Source of the DNA: Nitrospirota bacterium | Lineage (GTDB): Bacteria; Nitrospirota; UBA9217 | Assembly: GCA_963818475.1 (NCBI GenBank) | Contig: CAWFSF010000005.1 | Span: 160,001 to 224,000 of the forward strand | Direction: 5' to 3' | DNA: 64,000 nucleotides | Part shown: piece after piece, positions 32,659 to 43,134 of the stretch | Position numbering within the stretch: the first letter of the stretch is position 1 | Layout: each line of letters starts with the position of its first letter | Program-made: the position numbers and the translations under genes | Notes under the pieces: model-generated | What the model was told of the DNA's origin: nothing | What the model saw: only the letters and a program-made list of their open reading frames with translations | Database searches by the model: none

Positions 32659-35600
32659 CTACTTCTTATTTTTGCAACATTCAGGCGAGTTGGCTTTAAA
32701 GCATTTACCAGTGACATATCCAGCAAAAGTCGCACAATTGTTCGTTAGGCCCCAGCGGCCGAGAGGCTTACCAAGTATCAACTCATTATTTACGCAAGTT
32801 TCATCAACACATTTTAATTCTTGGCAACTGCCTGTTTCGGTACTATGATCACATAGTTTAGTCTGGGCTAAATAAGGAGAACCGACTAAATCACCGCAGT
32901 CCATTGTACCCATACCCATAGACTTTGTAGAAGTTCTTACCCACATATGCTGTACCCAGTTCGGAACCCAGGGAACATTAACTGATCTACTGCATATTTC
33001 AACCTTCAGGCCTTTTTCATCAAAATAACTAATGGAATTATTTTTTGCATATAAATACAGATGATTTTGCCCTCGATTGATCCCAATAGGATCAGCTTCC
33101 ACGTATGTTCCGAGTGGTGCATTATAATCACGATTAAGGTTGTAATTCAGGCCCGTCTCAGCATCGAAGTACTGCCCAGGGAATCTGAGGTTGTTCGTGA
33201 TCGTCATGATGGTGATGTTGACTTCGCCAAAGGGTTTGTAGTCAGCGGACCATCAACCATCCCCTGAAGCTGTCCGTCATCTTCTGCGGAGTACCTAAAT
33301 GATCGTTGTGGTAGTAGTACGTATTCGCCCCCTCCATCTTCGCCAACGGCTGTCCATTCAAGTATACATATTCCGCTGCTGATTGTTCCAGCACTATTCG
33401 ACTCCGCGATAATCTGACCACCTCAGGCTGTAATGGAATATCGAGGTTGTTCCATTCACGACCTTCTTCACCCGCTGGCCGTTGCCGTTGTAGGTGTAGT
33501 TTGCCGTCATTGACCCGTCATTCACCTGGATCAATCTCTGGTTCTGGTTGTAGACATACTGGCGAGCAGCTTCTGTTGTCGTATTCCCGTTGTTGTCGTA
33601 TCCAAATGTTATGCCATTGGCAGTGTTCAGCTTGTTAGTATTCTGGTAGTACGTATAGGCATTCGTATTCTCGGTCTGCCTGTTCCCTACCCCGTCGTAA
33701 GTCCAGGCCAAACTGCCCCAGATACCCGTTGATGTGGCTGTCCAAAGCCGGTCAAGATTATCGTAGGTGAAGCTCTTGTTCTTTGAAGCATCGAGGCTGT
33801 CCGTAATGGCTGTTATATTCCCATTGCTGTCATATCCGGTATAGCCGAGGTTCAGGACCGCCCCTGCTGTTATGGAGCTGATCCTGTACTGGTTATCGTA
33901 GCCGATCGTGCCGCTCAGGCCATTGCCATAGGTGATCGCATTCATCCCGCCGAAGGGCTTGTAGGTGATGCTGGATGCGAGGTTGGCGGCACCGTTGAGG
34001 ACACTGACTGCCCTGTCGTTGGTGTAGTTGTACGTGATGACCTTGCCTGACGGGTAGGTCATGGTCTTCAGGTTGCCGTTCTGGTCGTAGGTGTACTGCG
34101 TCACGTACGTCACGGTGTCGATTACCTTGGTCTCTTTTTTGACCTGCCCTTTTGGCGTGTACTCGTAGGTCGTCGTTCCCGATGCATCGGTCATGGAACA
34201 GAGACGGCCTTTGCCGTTTAGGCAGGTGTCGTAGGAATAGACCGTGTCTGTATCAGCCGGATAGTCGATGGTCGTCAACCGGTTCAGCGCGTCGTAGGTA
34301 TAGGAAATCGTGATTCCCTTGGCGTCGGTTTTGGTCATGAGATTCCCGGCAGGGTCGTAGGTATAGGTCGTCGTACCTGTATCCGGAGAGATAACCTGGT
34401 ACACCCGGCCCTTGTCGTCGTAGATGTAGGTGGTGGCGTTGCTATTGGCATCGGTTACCGTGGTCAGGTTGTTATTTGCGTTGTAGCCGTAGCCGGTGGT
34501 GATCGTACCGGGCTGAATGGTTGCTGTCAGCCGGTTCAGCGCATCGTATGAGTAAGTTGTGAGCGTTGAGTTCGGAGTTCGGAGTGAGAGCCTATTTCCT
34601 CTGGAGTCATACGAGTATTCGGTATAGCTGGTATCGGGATTGGTAGTCCTTTTCAGCCTGTTCAAAGCATCATACTGGTAGCTCAGGCTCTTCTGGAGGC
34701 TGTTGCCTGCATCCCTGATCTCTTCGGTGAGCTTATTCCCTTCGGAGTCATAGGTATAGTTGATGCTGTTGCCAAGGCTGTCGCTGATGCTGGCGAGGTT
34801 GCTGTTCGCATCGTATCCGTAGGTTATGGTGTTCCCTTCCGGCAGGGTGATATGATCGATCTTGTTCGCACCTCCGCAGGAGGTGCAGCCTCCCACGACG
34901 TAGGCATATTGCGTAGGGCTGGTGTCGCCTGCTGCCGTGACCGTAAGCACTCGTCCGTTTTCGTCATAGGTATAGGCTGTGCTGTTGCCGTTCGGGTCAA
35001 GGACGTTCCGGGGATTGCCGAGGGCGTCGTGGTTACTGTAGGTCGTTGTGCCGATAATGGGCTGGGTCAATGAGGTCAGGTACCCGGTTGTGGGATCGTA
35101 GGCATAGCTCGTAACGTCGGTCACATCGGTCCTGGGGCCGTCGATGCTCGTGAGCTTGCCGTTGGTATAACCATAGGTCGTGGTATTGGAGTAGGCCGTG
35201 CCACTGCCCAGAAGTCCGGCATCGGTCGTTGTCAGAAGATTGCCGGTCGCGTTGTCATAGGTGTTGGTAACGGTCTTGTTCTGATTCGGGTCTACTACGC
35301 TCTTGACGATCTCCTGGGCCACCTTGTGGAACGTAGCAGTTGTGGCTAACGGATCGATCTCATACTGGTAGATGTACGTCGTGGTCTTCTGAATAGCAGC
35401 CCAATCACTCGGGCTGGGTTTGCTTGCCTCTGTTTTGGTCTTCAGGTTGCCGTAGGTGTCGTAGGTGAAATCGTTAGCTGACCTGAGCACAAGGACCGGC
35501 ACGGGCACCGTTCCCGTGTTTTCCCAGTATTCTTCGCGGGTGATCTTTGTCTGGCTGTTTCTTGCATAGGTCGTGACGTTGCCTACGGTGTCGGTCTCTT

Positions 35601-36720
35601 TTACGACCTGTCCGTTCTCGCCGAATTCTACGGTCCGAATGTTCGTGTTCAGGACCGCGCCGGAGCTGTCTTTGATCGTGGTCGTGACCTTTGTCTTTGC
35701 ATAAGCAGCGAGGTACTCGAAATCGATTACGCCTGTTCCGTGGGTCTGCCTGGTCACCCGTCCGTTGGTGTAGGTATTTACATACTCGCCTTTGCCTTCG
35801 TCCACGCTCGTCATGAGATGCATGTTGTTGGGATTGGTATATCCGTAGGTGATGTTTGCCTCGGGGCCGGTGACGGAGGTAAGGTTGCCGATGTTGTCGT
35901 GACCGTAGTTAACCGTCCTTCTGCTGTCGGTGATGCTGCTGAGCCTGCCGTTAAGGTCGTATATGAAGGTTACTTGTGCGCCGGTCAGGTTCCCGGAGGC
36001 GTTTTTTTCCTCTATTTTGTAGATCTTGTAATCGTATGCCACGATAAGCGGGGTCGTCCCGACATTGTAGAGCAGCAGGCCCATGAGACCGTCACGGACC
36101 TGGGCGGTATAGGTGATCGTGATGGAGGCTCCTGTTGCGTCAATGAGCTGAATAAGACGACCCTGGGGATCATAAACGTCCCTGGCCCCGCTTTTGTCGG
36201 TGAAGGTATAGCTGTTGTCAGCGTTCTGGACAAGGGTGCCGCTTTCGCCGAGGGGGGTGATATAGTTAATAGTATAAGGATTATTATCAACATCAACAGG
36301 GTTCCAGCTGAACCGCCGTTTCCAGCCGCATTCTTTCCTGAGGGTGACGGAGCCGTCGGGGTAGGTATAGAGTCTGCGGTCGTAATTGACGGCCCAGCCG
36401 TAGCCCAGGGGGCTGTCGTAGCCGGAGCGGCTGTTGTAGATCCGCCGTACCGCGATCGGGTAAAGGTTCCCGATGGTAAGATCGGTGCGGGAGGTGGTTT
36501 CAGCGCCGGCCAGCAGGTTGATGGGTTTGCCGGCAAGGCCGGGGATATAGCCGTTCATGCTGGGAGCAGGATCGTCTGCGCAGGCGGCGATGTCGTCGGT
36601 GTCGTTCATGACGGCATCCTGCCTGGTGGCGCTTTCGGAAACCGACAGGGCATGGGCAACATTCGGGACGTATCCCGAAAAGAGAAATGCAATCAGCAAT
36701 AAACCTGTCAACCTACGCAT
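32659..36720 (-). CDS. Full-length Rhs/YD-repeat toxin with Sec signal peptide, DUF6531-like domain and papain-fold-like CT (frameshifts about 33200-33420)
   Basis: MRRLTGLLLIAFLFSGYVPNVAHA; GKPINLLAG...RIYNS...LGYGW; FDEKGL; QHMWV...TNNCATF. Confidence 0.9.
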
Positions 36721-36759
36721 GAAATCCTCCACAAATCTTTGATGGTACGCTATACGTTG

Positions 36760-37575
36760 TCAATTGTTCGGGCAGCAATTAGGATTTCCGCAGCAAGGGT
36801 CGCCACAGCAGGGGTCATTCCCTAAGCCTTCATCGGTCCATCCGTTGCAGTTGTTATCCAAGCCGTCACATATCTCCTGCTGTGGCAACTGCTGATTCTG
36901 ACACGTTCCCCACTGGCCGTTCGAGCATGTCTTGCTCCCCTGCCGACAAATGCCAACGCCGGCCGTACCGACGGGACCTTCATAGCAGGCACTGATCTCG
37001 CCGTTCGAACAATTTCCCCCGGCGCGAAAAGTGAAAATCTGATCCGTTATGTATCCAGGGCTGCGGATAGACATGGAGCCACAATTCGAAGGAAAGTTCG
37101 TTTGGCAACAGCCTGCTCCGTATATGTCCTGCAAATAAAATCTGACGGTGTGCAAACTGCCCGACGTAAACCCGGTTATACCCGTCGTGACAGAAAATCC
37201 CTGCTCAAGTCCCAGTTGGTCCCCATATACTGATATGGATACCTCTGAGAGAAACCCTTTATACACTCCATCAATTTCATAATGAAGCTGAGCCCTCGTC
37301 CCTGCTCCTTGTACCGGATTATAATCCCAGGGCTGTAACCCTTGCAGCGACCAACCCGGATTACAGGGCGCCCCGTTTGGGATCATCGGGTTAAAGGTCT
37401 GCTGTGGGGCGGAGTCCTCGGTCAACGTGTATCTTCCTAAAATAGTAAAAAACGATGTGGCTACGTAGTCGGACGCCGGAGAATTAACAGTAATAATTCC
37501 GTTGGCGCCCCATGAAAACGCGGGGGGGAGGATAGCAACAAAAATCAATAAAAGATTCAGTATTCTATTCAACAT
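36760..37575 (-). CDS. Secreted Cys-rich protein with MopE-related repeat
   Basis: Signal peptide; CYEGPVGTAGVGICRQG...EICDGLDNNCNGWTDEG; CCGDPCC tail. Confidence 0.75.
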   Translation of the reverse strand: MLNRILNLLLIFVAILPPAFSWGANGIITVNSPASDYVATSFFTILGRYTLTEDSAPQQTFNPMIPNGAPCNPGWSLQGLQPWDYNPVQGAGTRAQLHYEIDGVYKGFLSEVSISVYGDQLGLEQGFSVTTGITGFTSGSLHTVRFYLQDIYGAGCCQTNFPSNCGSMSIRSPGYITDQIFTFRAGGNCSNGEISACYEGPVGTAGVGICRQGSKTCSNGQWGTCQNQQLPQQEICDGLDNNCNGWTDEGLGNDPCCGDPCCGNPNCCPNN

Positions 37576-37595
37576 TTTATTATCCTCATCTGCTA

Positions 37596-40500
37596 TTATC
37601 GTCGGATCACTAGGGTTGCATATGCGGTTGAACTCGAACCTGTCACTGTATTGCTGGCCCCTATCATGATCGTATATACGCCCTCCTCGGAGAGGATGAA
37701 CTTCTTCCCAGTCGTATCTTGGGCATCAAGCGCGTTCCAGTCGATGTTGTGGCTACCCGCGGCTTGCATCGCGTTGCTCAGGATTGTGACCGTCCCTGCC
37801 GGAGAAATAACTTTGGCTGTTACATTGGCAACGCGCGAAAGAGAGTACGTGATGCAGGCAAACTGACCATAAGAGAGGACAATCTCATAGGGGTCGCTGT
37901 TTAAACTGAAAATTCTGGGGGTATCTCCGGTCGTGATAATGTGATTTTCCCTTAAAAGGGATGCTATGGTACACGACGCAGTGGCATTAACAGCGCCTGC
38001 GACGAGCACTCCCGCGGAGTTTCTGCCGTCCCAGTCGTACGTATGGCTGCCGGGAACGGTCGCTAAACCATCTGTAATTCTTGCATTGAAGATATCAACG
38101 TTTACCCGCGAGGCCTGCCCGAGAACGTAGGTTATGGTCATGGGATCATTCTTATAGGGATCAAAAGCATCTTGTGAGCAGCTTATGTTCCCGGTTCCAG
38201 TCGGCACAGAAGGACTGTAGACGGTCGAACTGACGCCGTCTGTTGCCTCAAGAATATAAAGATACGCCTCATCCGGCACGGTTTTCCCTGTGCTGTCCTT
38301 CCCATCCCAGGTAAAGAAATATGTCCCCAGAGTTGAACAATTCTGTGAAGTCTGGTAGATCGGCGTTCCCCTCGGACCCTGCTTCTCGGGAATGACCTTG
38401 AGCGTTACCGTTGCCGCTGAACTGACGGTGAAGAAGATCGTGCTGGTCTCGAAAGCATTGGTGTTGATCATATTGCTGCCTGAGACCACATTGGAAATCG
38501 TCAAGCTTTGCAACAGAGTTATGGTCGTCGCAACCATAGCGTTGTTCCCTACCGCATCACTGGCTGTAATAGTGATGACGTTGTCGCCGTCAACTAATCC
38601 CGAGATACTGCAGCTCCAGGTGCTTACGGTGGGATAGGTGACCGGACCCAGCGTAGCAGTTGTATTCACTGACACAGTTACGCTTGCTCCACTCTCCATA
38701 GTCCCGGTAATTGTCTGGCTGTTGGTATAGGTTGGTGAGGTTATCGGATCTATGCTGATCGTCGGTGGGATGGTATCCACCGTAAAGTTCACCTCAGCAA
38801 AGCCCGTATTACGCGCCTCATCCGTCGCTTCTACCCGGACAGTATGAGAATCATCGGACAGCGTATCGAGCGCATTGCTCGAAACTTTAGCAACGATGTT
38901 GCCGTCCACTTTGACGACGACGGTACCGTCGCTCACGGCATATGTCAGCTGAGGTGTTGCCACGTTGGTAAATCCTGCAAGCGGCGATGTAATGGTAACG
39001 ATGGGGGCCGAAGTATCGAGGATGATCGTGTCAGCATAAGGGTCGGACCAGTTTCCCGCTGCATCCTTGAACATCACCGAGACGGTCTTAGTCCCGTCTT
39101 CCGCCGAGAGCGTCCAGGCCTTTGTCGCGGCGTAAGGCTCCGGAACGGACCATGCAGCGTCCTCATTTCTAAACCGCATCTCGGCGATATTGCTCGCATC
39201 CAGAGCTGTCAAACCGAGGGTCACCGTTGCATTGTTTGTGGTAATCGCTCCGTCGTTGATCACAATATTCCCTGATGCGATCTGATACGGCGTCGTTTCC
39301 CTGGAGATTACGCCATTCCCAAGCTGGCCTGACGCGTTATAGCCCCAAGCCCAGAGCGAACCGTTGGATTTTCGCGCTGCGGTGTGATATTGACCGTTCG
39401 CAATAGACACCCACACATTTTCAACTCCAATCCGGGTCGGTACATGCTTGTCTGCGGTGGTGCCGTCTCCCAGTTGACCATAACAATTATTGCCCCAAGC
39501 CCAGAGGGATCCGTCTGATTTGAGTGCGATGGTGTGATACTCGCCCGCGGCAATATGCGTCCACACGGCATCGCTCCCGATTTGCACCGGGGCAAACCTG
39601 GTTGTTGTAGTGCCATCGCCCAATTGACCGTTGGCGTTGAGGCCCCACACCCAGAGCGTGCCATCCGTTTTCAATGCAACAGTATGGGCCGCGCCGGCGG
39701 CGATCACTGACCACGTTGTCTCGCCGCCTATGCGAACAGGGGAAAGTCTCTGAACGCTGGTTCCGTCTCCAAGCCGTCCGTTCCAGTTGATGCCCCACGC
39801 CCAGAGAGACCCGTCTGATTTGAGTGCGATGGTGTGGTAAAGACCTGCTGCAACATGCGTCCATGTTGTATCTGTGCCTATTTGGGCTGGAGTAGCCCTG
39901 TTCGTCGTGGTGCCGTCGCCCAATTGCCCTGCGTTGTTCTGCCCCCAGGTCCAGAGTGTCCCGGACTGCAAGGCTACGGTATATGCCCACCCCGCTGAAA
40001 CAGCCGACCAGTTGTCCGCGATCCCTACTTGCACGGGCGAGGTTTTATTGATAGTCGTTCCGTCACCCAGCTGTCCATTCCCGTTATTTCCCCATGCCCA
40101 CAGCGTCCCGTCCGACTTCAACGCCATTGTGTGTAAGCGCCCTGCCGAGATCGCCTCCCAATTTGCATCGCTCCCGATCTTGACCGGTGTAGTTCGTTGA
40201 GTTGTCGTGCCGTCTCCCAACTGCCCGCTGCCGTTACTTCCCCACGACCATAAGGTTCCATCGTTCTTTAAAGCTGCGGTATGTGAACCCCCTGCCGCGG
40301 CCATGGACCAGGAAGTATCAAATCCTATCTGAACAGGGGTGGCGCTGTTGACGCTGGCGGCGTTGCCTAACTGCCCATAAGAATTATCACCCCAGACGGA
40401 CAGGGTGCCGTCGGTTCTTAGGGCAACGGTATGCCAGTTTCCTCCCGAGACCGCAGTCCACGTCATCCCCGTACCTACCTGTACCGGCGTGCTGCTGTTC

Positions 40501-41786
40501 GTCGTGGTGCCATTGCCCAGCTGCCCCGCATTATTATACCCCCAGGTCCAGAGGGTGTTGTCTGACTTCAAGGCCATGGTGTGACTAGTTCCCGCTTCAA
40601 CGGAGGTCCACGTTGTCCCGCTCCCGATTTGCACTGGGGAATATTTGCTTACGTAGCTGCCGTCGCCCAGCTGCCCCGCATTGTTATACCCCCATGCCCA
40701 GAGGGTGCCGTCTGACTTCAAGGCCACGGTGTGACTATTTCCCGATGCAACGGAGGTCCACGTTGTCCCGCTCCCGATCTGCACTGGGGAATATTTGTTT
40801 ACGGTGCTGCCGTCGCCCAGCTGCCCCGCATTGTTATACCCCCACGCCCAGAGGGTGCCGTCCGATTTGAGGGCCAACGTGTGCTGTGCGCCAGTCGATA
40901 TGACTACCCAATTGCTGTCAGTGCCAATTCTGACAGAGGAATACCGGTCTACAGTCGTACCATCCCCCAGTTGTCCGTTTCCATTATAGCCCCACGCCCA
41001 CAGCGTTCCGTCCGACTTTAACGCTATTGTGTATGTACCTCCTGCCGAGATCGCCGCCCAATTCGAATCGGTCCCAATCTTTACCGGCGCGGTCCTCTCC
41101 GTTGTGGTTCCGTCTCCCAGGCGACCGTTCCCGTTGAATCCCCAAGCCCATAAAGTCCCATCGGATTTCAACGCGATTGTATGTGCGCTCCCTGCCGAGA
41201 TCGCCGCCCAATTCGTATCGGTCCCAACCTGCACAGGGGAATATTTGTTTACTACGCTTCCGTCGCCCAGTTGACCGTTACCGTTATTTCCCCAAGCCCA
41301 CAACGACCCGTCGGATTTTATAGCCACGGTATGATACGTGCCGGCGACTATCTTTATATATACGTTCTCTGTCGGCGGCGTGGCATCAACAGTAAACGCG
41401 ACTTCTGCGAAACCGGTTTCTAAAGATGCATTCGTAGCCTCCACATGGACGGTATGTGGGCCGTCGGGCAGCGCATCAAGATTGTCTCCTGAGACCTTTG
41501 ATACAACGGCGCCATCAACTCTGACAATTGCTGTACCGTCACTGACACTGTAAGAGAGCAACGGAGTATTATTGTTTCCGAGGGTTGCTGTCGGTGAAGT
41601 AATTAAAACAGATGGCGGGCTGGCGAATACGTTTGTGGTAAAAACCGGCAGGAGCATCAGGAGAGTGGTCAATACTACCATCACAATTGACTTCCGCGTG
41701 GGCCGCGTTACAAAGTCATTTCGCATTCTGAGATCCGTCATGAAATCCTCCGGGATATAACAACAATTTGAAAAAGTCTTCTGCAC
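37596..41786 (-). CDS. Large secreted protein: 14 RCC1 repeats, Ig-like domains and C-terminal FlgD-Ig-like domains
   Basis: 14 x G[TS]LW.WG.N..GQLG-type repeats; WDGKDSTG and WDGRNSAG motifs; signal peptide. Confidence 0.9.
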   Translation of the reverse strand: MQKTFSNCCYIPEDFMTDLRMRNDFVTRPTRKSIVMVVLTTLLMLLPVFTTNVFASPPSVLITSPTATLGNNNTPLLSYSVSDGTAIVRVDGAVVSKVSGDNLDALPDGPHTVHVEATNASLETGFAEVAFTVDATPPTENVYIKIVAGTYHTVAIKSDGSLWAWGNNGNGQLGDGSVVNKYSPVQVGTDTNWAAISAGSAHTIALKSDGTLWAWGFNGNGRLGDGTTTERTAPVKIGTDSNWAAISAGGTYTIALKSDGTLWAWGYNGNGQLGDGTTVDRYSSVRIGTDSNWVVISTGAQHTLALKSDGTLWAWGYNNAGQLGDGSTVNKYSPVQIGSGTTWTSVASGNSHTVALKSDGTLWAWGYNNAGQLGDGSYVSKYSPVQIGSGTTWTSVEAGTSHTMALKSDNTLWTWGYNNAGQLGNGTTTNSSTPVQVGTGMTWTAVSGGNWHTVALRTDGTLSVWGDNSYGQLGNAASVNSATPVQIGFDTSWSMAAAGGSHTAALKNDGTLWSWGSNGSGQLGDGTTTQRTTPVKIGSDANWEAISAGRLHTMALKSDGTLWAWGNNGNGQLGDGTTINKTSPVQVGIADNWSAVSAGWAYTVALQSGTLWTWGQNNAGQLGDGTTTNRATPAQIGTDTTWTHVAAGLYHTIALKSDGSLWAWGINWNGRLGDGTSVQRLSPVRIGGETTWSVIAAGAAHTVALKTDGTLWVWGLNANGQLGDGTTTTRFAPVQIGSDAVWTHIAAGEYHTIALKSDGSLWAWGNNCYGQLGDGTTADKHVPTRIGVENVWVSIANGQYHTAARKSNGSLWAWGYNASGQLGNGVISRETTPYQIASGNIVINDGAITTNNATVTLGLTALDASNIAEMRFRNEDAAWSVPEPYAATKAWTLSAEDGTKTVSVMFKDAAGNWSDPYADTIILDTSAPIVTITSPLAGFTNVATPQLTYAVSDGTVVVKVDGNIVAKVSSNALDTLSDDSHTVRVEATDEARNTGFAEVNFTVDTIPPTISIDPITSPTYTNSQTITGTMESGASVTVSVNTTATLGPVTYPTVSTWSCSISGLVDGDNVITITASDAVGNNAMVATTITLLQSLTISNVVSGSNMINTNAFETSTIFFTVSSAATVTLKVIPEKQGPRGTPIYQTSQNCSTLGTYFFTWDGKDSTGKTVPDEAYLYILEATDGVSSTVYSPSVPTGTGNISCSQDAFDPYKNDPMTITYVLGQASRVNVDIFNARITDGLATVPGSHTYDWDGRNSAGVLVAGAVNATASCTIASLLRENHIITTGDTPRIFSLNSDPYEIVLSYGQFACITYSLSRVANVTAKVISPAGTVTILSNAMQAAGSHNIDWNALDAQDTTGKKFILSEEGVYTIMIGASNTVTGSSSTAYATLVIRR

Positions 41787-42398
41787 GTAATCCTCCTGAG
41801 GTCACGAATCTACCGACCCGGCAATCTGGATCAGAAATAACAAGTGACAATTGTAAAGAGATGGAAGGCCCGTCAGCTGGCAGGAGGAGTTCGTTTAGTC
41901 ATGTACACCGTCCTGCAATGGAAGCATTCGTAATAGAAAGTGCGCAAATATAGCATACTTCAGAAGTTTTTCAACCTAAAATTTTAGTTTTAGACATCAG
42001 TAAAACAGAAGTGACGATAAACACCTTGATATGAGCGGCCGGATACAATTCGGGGTATTTTAAGGCTATCGCCAGAATGCTGCAATTAGTTGCAAAATAT
42101 AAGGAGAAAAAAGGATTTGTTTTTTTGCTGCCCTTATCAGCCTTTAATCCGATGTTCCGTGACCTCATGCTTATTTAGTTAGTATGATGGCTCTGATTTG
42201 CAGCAACATGCAAGGCCGGACTTTAGTATGGAACAAGAACCAGATCTGATATGCCCTGCTTGTACCTTGCGCCCTATGCTGGCATCGCTGCCATGCGGAG
42301 ATTATTAGTAATACCTTTATATTATTGACATAACCATAGAGTTGCGCTTTCCTTTAAGTGTGGGGTATTCTTGAAGCACCACTTAAAGGAGAATTACC

Positions 42399-42947
42399 AT
42401 GAAAAAGCAAAAAGAAAAAATAGACATGCAGAAAATGATGGAAATATACAAAAAGCTGGGAACTCCGGGTGAGCCTCATAAGCTGCTGGCGAAACTGGAG
42501 GGAAGCTGGACCACCAAGTCCATTGGTTGGGAGGAAGGCAAGAAGGTCATGGAATCGAGCGGCGCGTGCGAGCAAAAAATGGTCCTTGACGGCCATTACC
42601 TGCGGCAGGAGTATAGAGGAGAAATGATGGGAGCGCCGTTTACCGGATTAAACTTCCTGGGGTACAATAACCATACCAAGAAGTACGAGTCGATCTGGAT
42701 CGACTCAATGAGCACAGCCATCTATTACTTCGTGGGGAAGGGAAGCACGGATGGCAGGACCATTACGCAGGAATGCAGCTACGACGACCCGGTCAAAGGC
42801 CCGGCTGTCTGGCGCAGTGTTACCAGGATCAAGGACGACAATACCCTGGAGTTTGAGATGTTTATCACCCCCGAGGGCGGCAAGAAAGAGAAGATGATGG
42901 AGATGACGGTTGCACGGAAGGAAGCCGTCGCTCGCAAGGCAGCGTAA
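42399..42947 (+). CDS. DUF1579 family protein
   Basis: PGEPHKLLAKLEGSW...GYNNHTKKYESIWIDSMST. Confidence 0.85.
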   Translation: MKKQKEKIDMQKMMEIYKKLGTPGEPHKLLAKLEGSWTTKSIGWEEGKKVMESSGACEQKMVLDGHYLRQEYRGEMMGAPFTGLNFLGYNNHTKKYESIWIDSMSTAIYYFVGKGSTDGRTITQECSYDDPVKGPAVWRSVTRIKDDNTLEFEMFITPEGGKKEKMMEMTVARKEAVARKAA

Positions 42948-43061
42948 AAGGAGTGGCAGGAATTCGAAATACGGAATTCGGAACACGAAATGGTGGGGGC
43001 GGGGTTAAGTCCCATTTGAAAATTTAGGCGTGCTGCCGAATCGGGGGATTAAGATAATCAC

Positions 43062-43084
43062 GTAGGGGCGGTCAAACCCGCCCT
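43062..43084 (+). repeat. GTAG-type REP-like sequence
   Basis: GTAGGGGCGGTCAAACCCGCCCT. Confidence 0.45.
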
Positions 43085-43134
43085 TATTCCAAGTTTCCTA
43101 AGTGTCTTTCTGTCGCCTTTTTTGCGAGACGACC

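Noticed and set aside
35740-36702. Long antisense ORFs (e.g. 35740-36702, 43360-44343, 51740-52618, 55617-56453)
   Set aside because: Shadow ORFs opposite well-supported GC-rich genes
36733-36762. TGA ending the Cys-rich gene is in frame with the Rhs ORF (possible Sec or readthrough fusion)
   Set aside because: The Rhs has its own GGAGG RBS and signal peptide, no SECIS-like hairpin is evident, and frame agreement is a one-in-three chance
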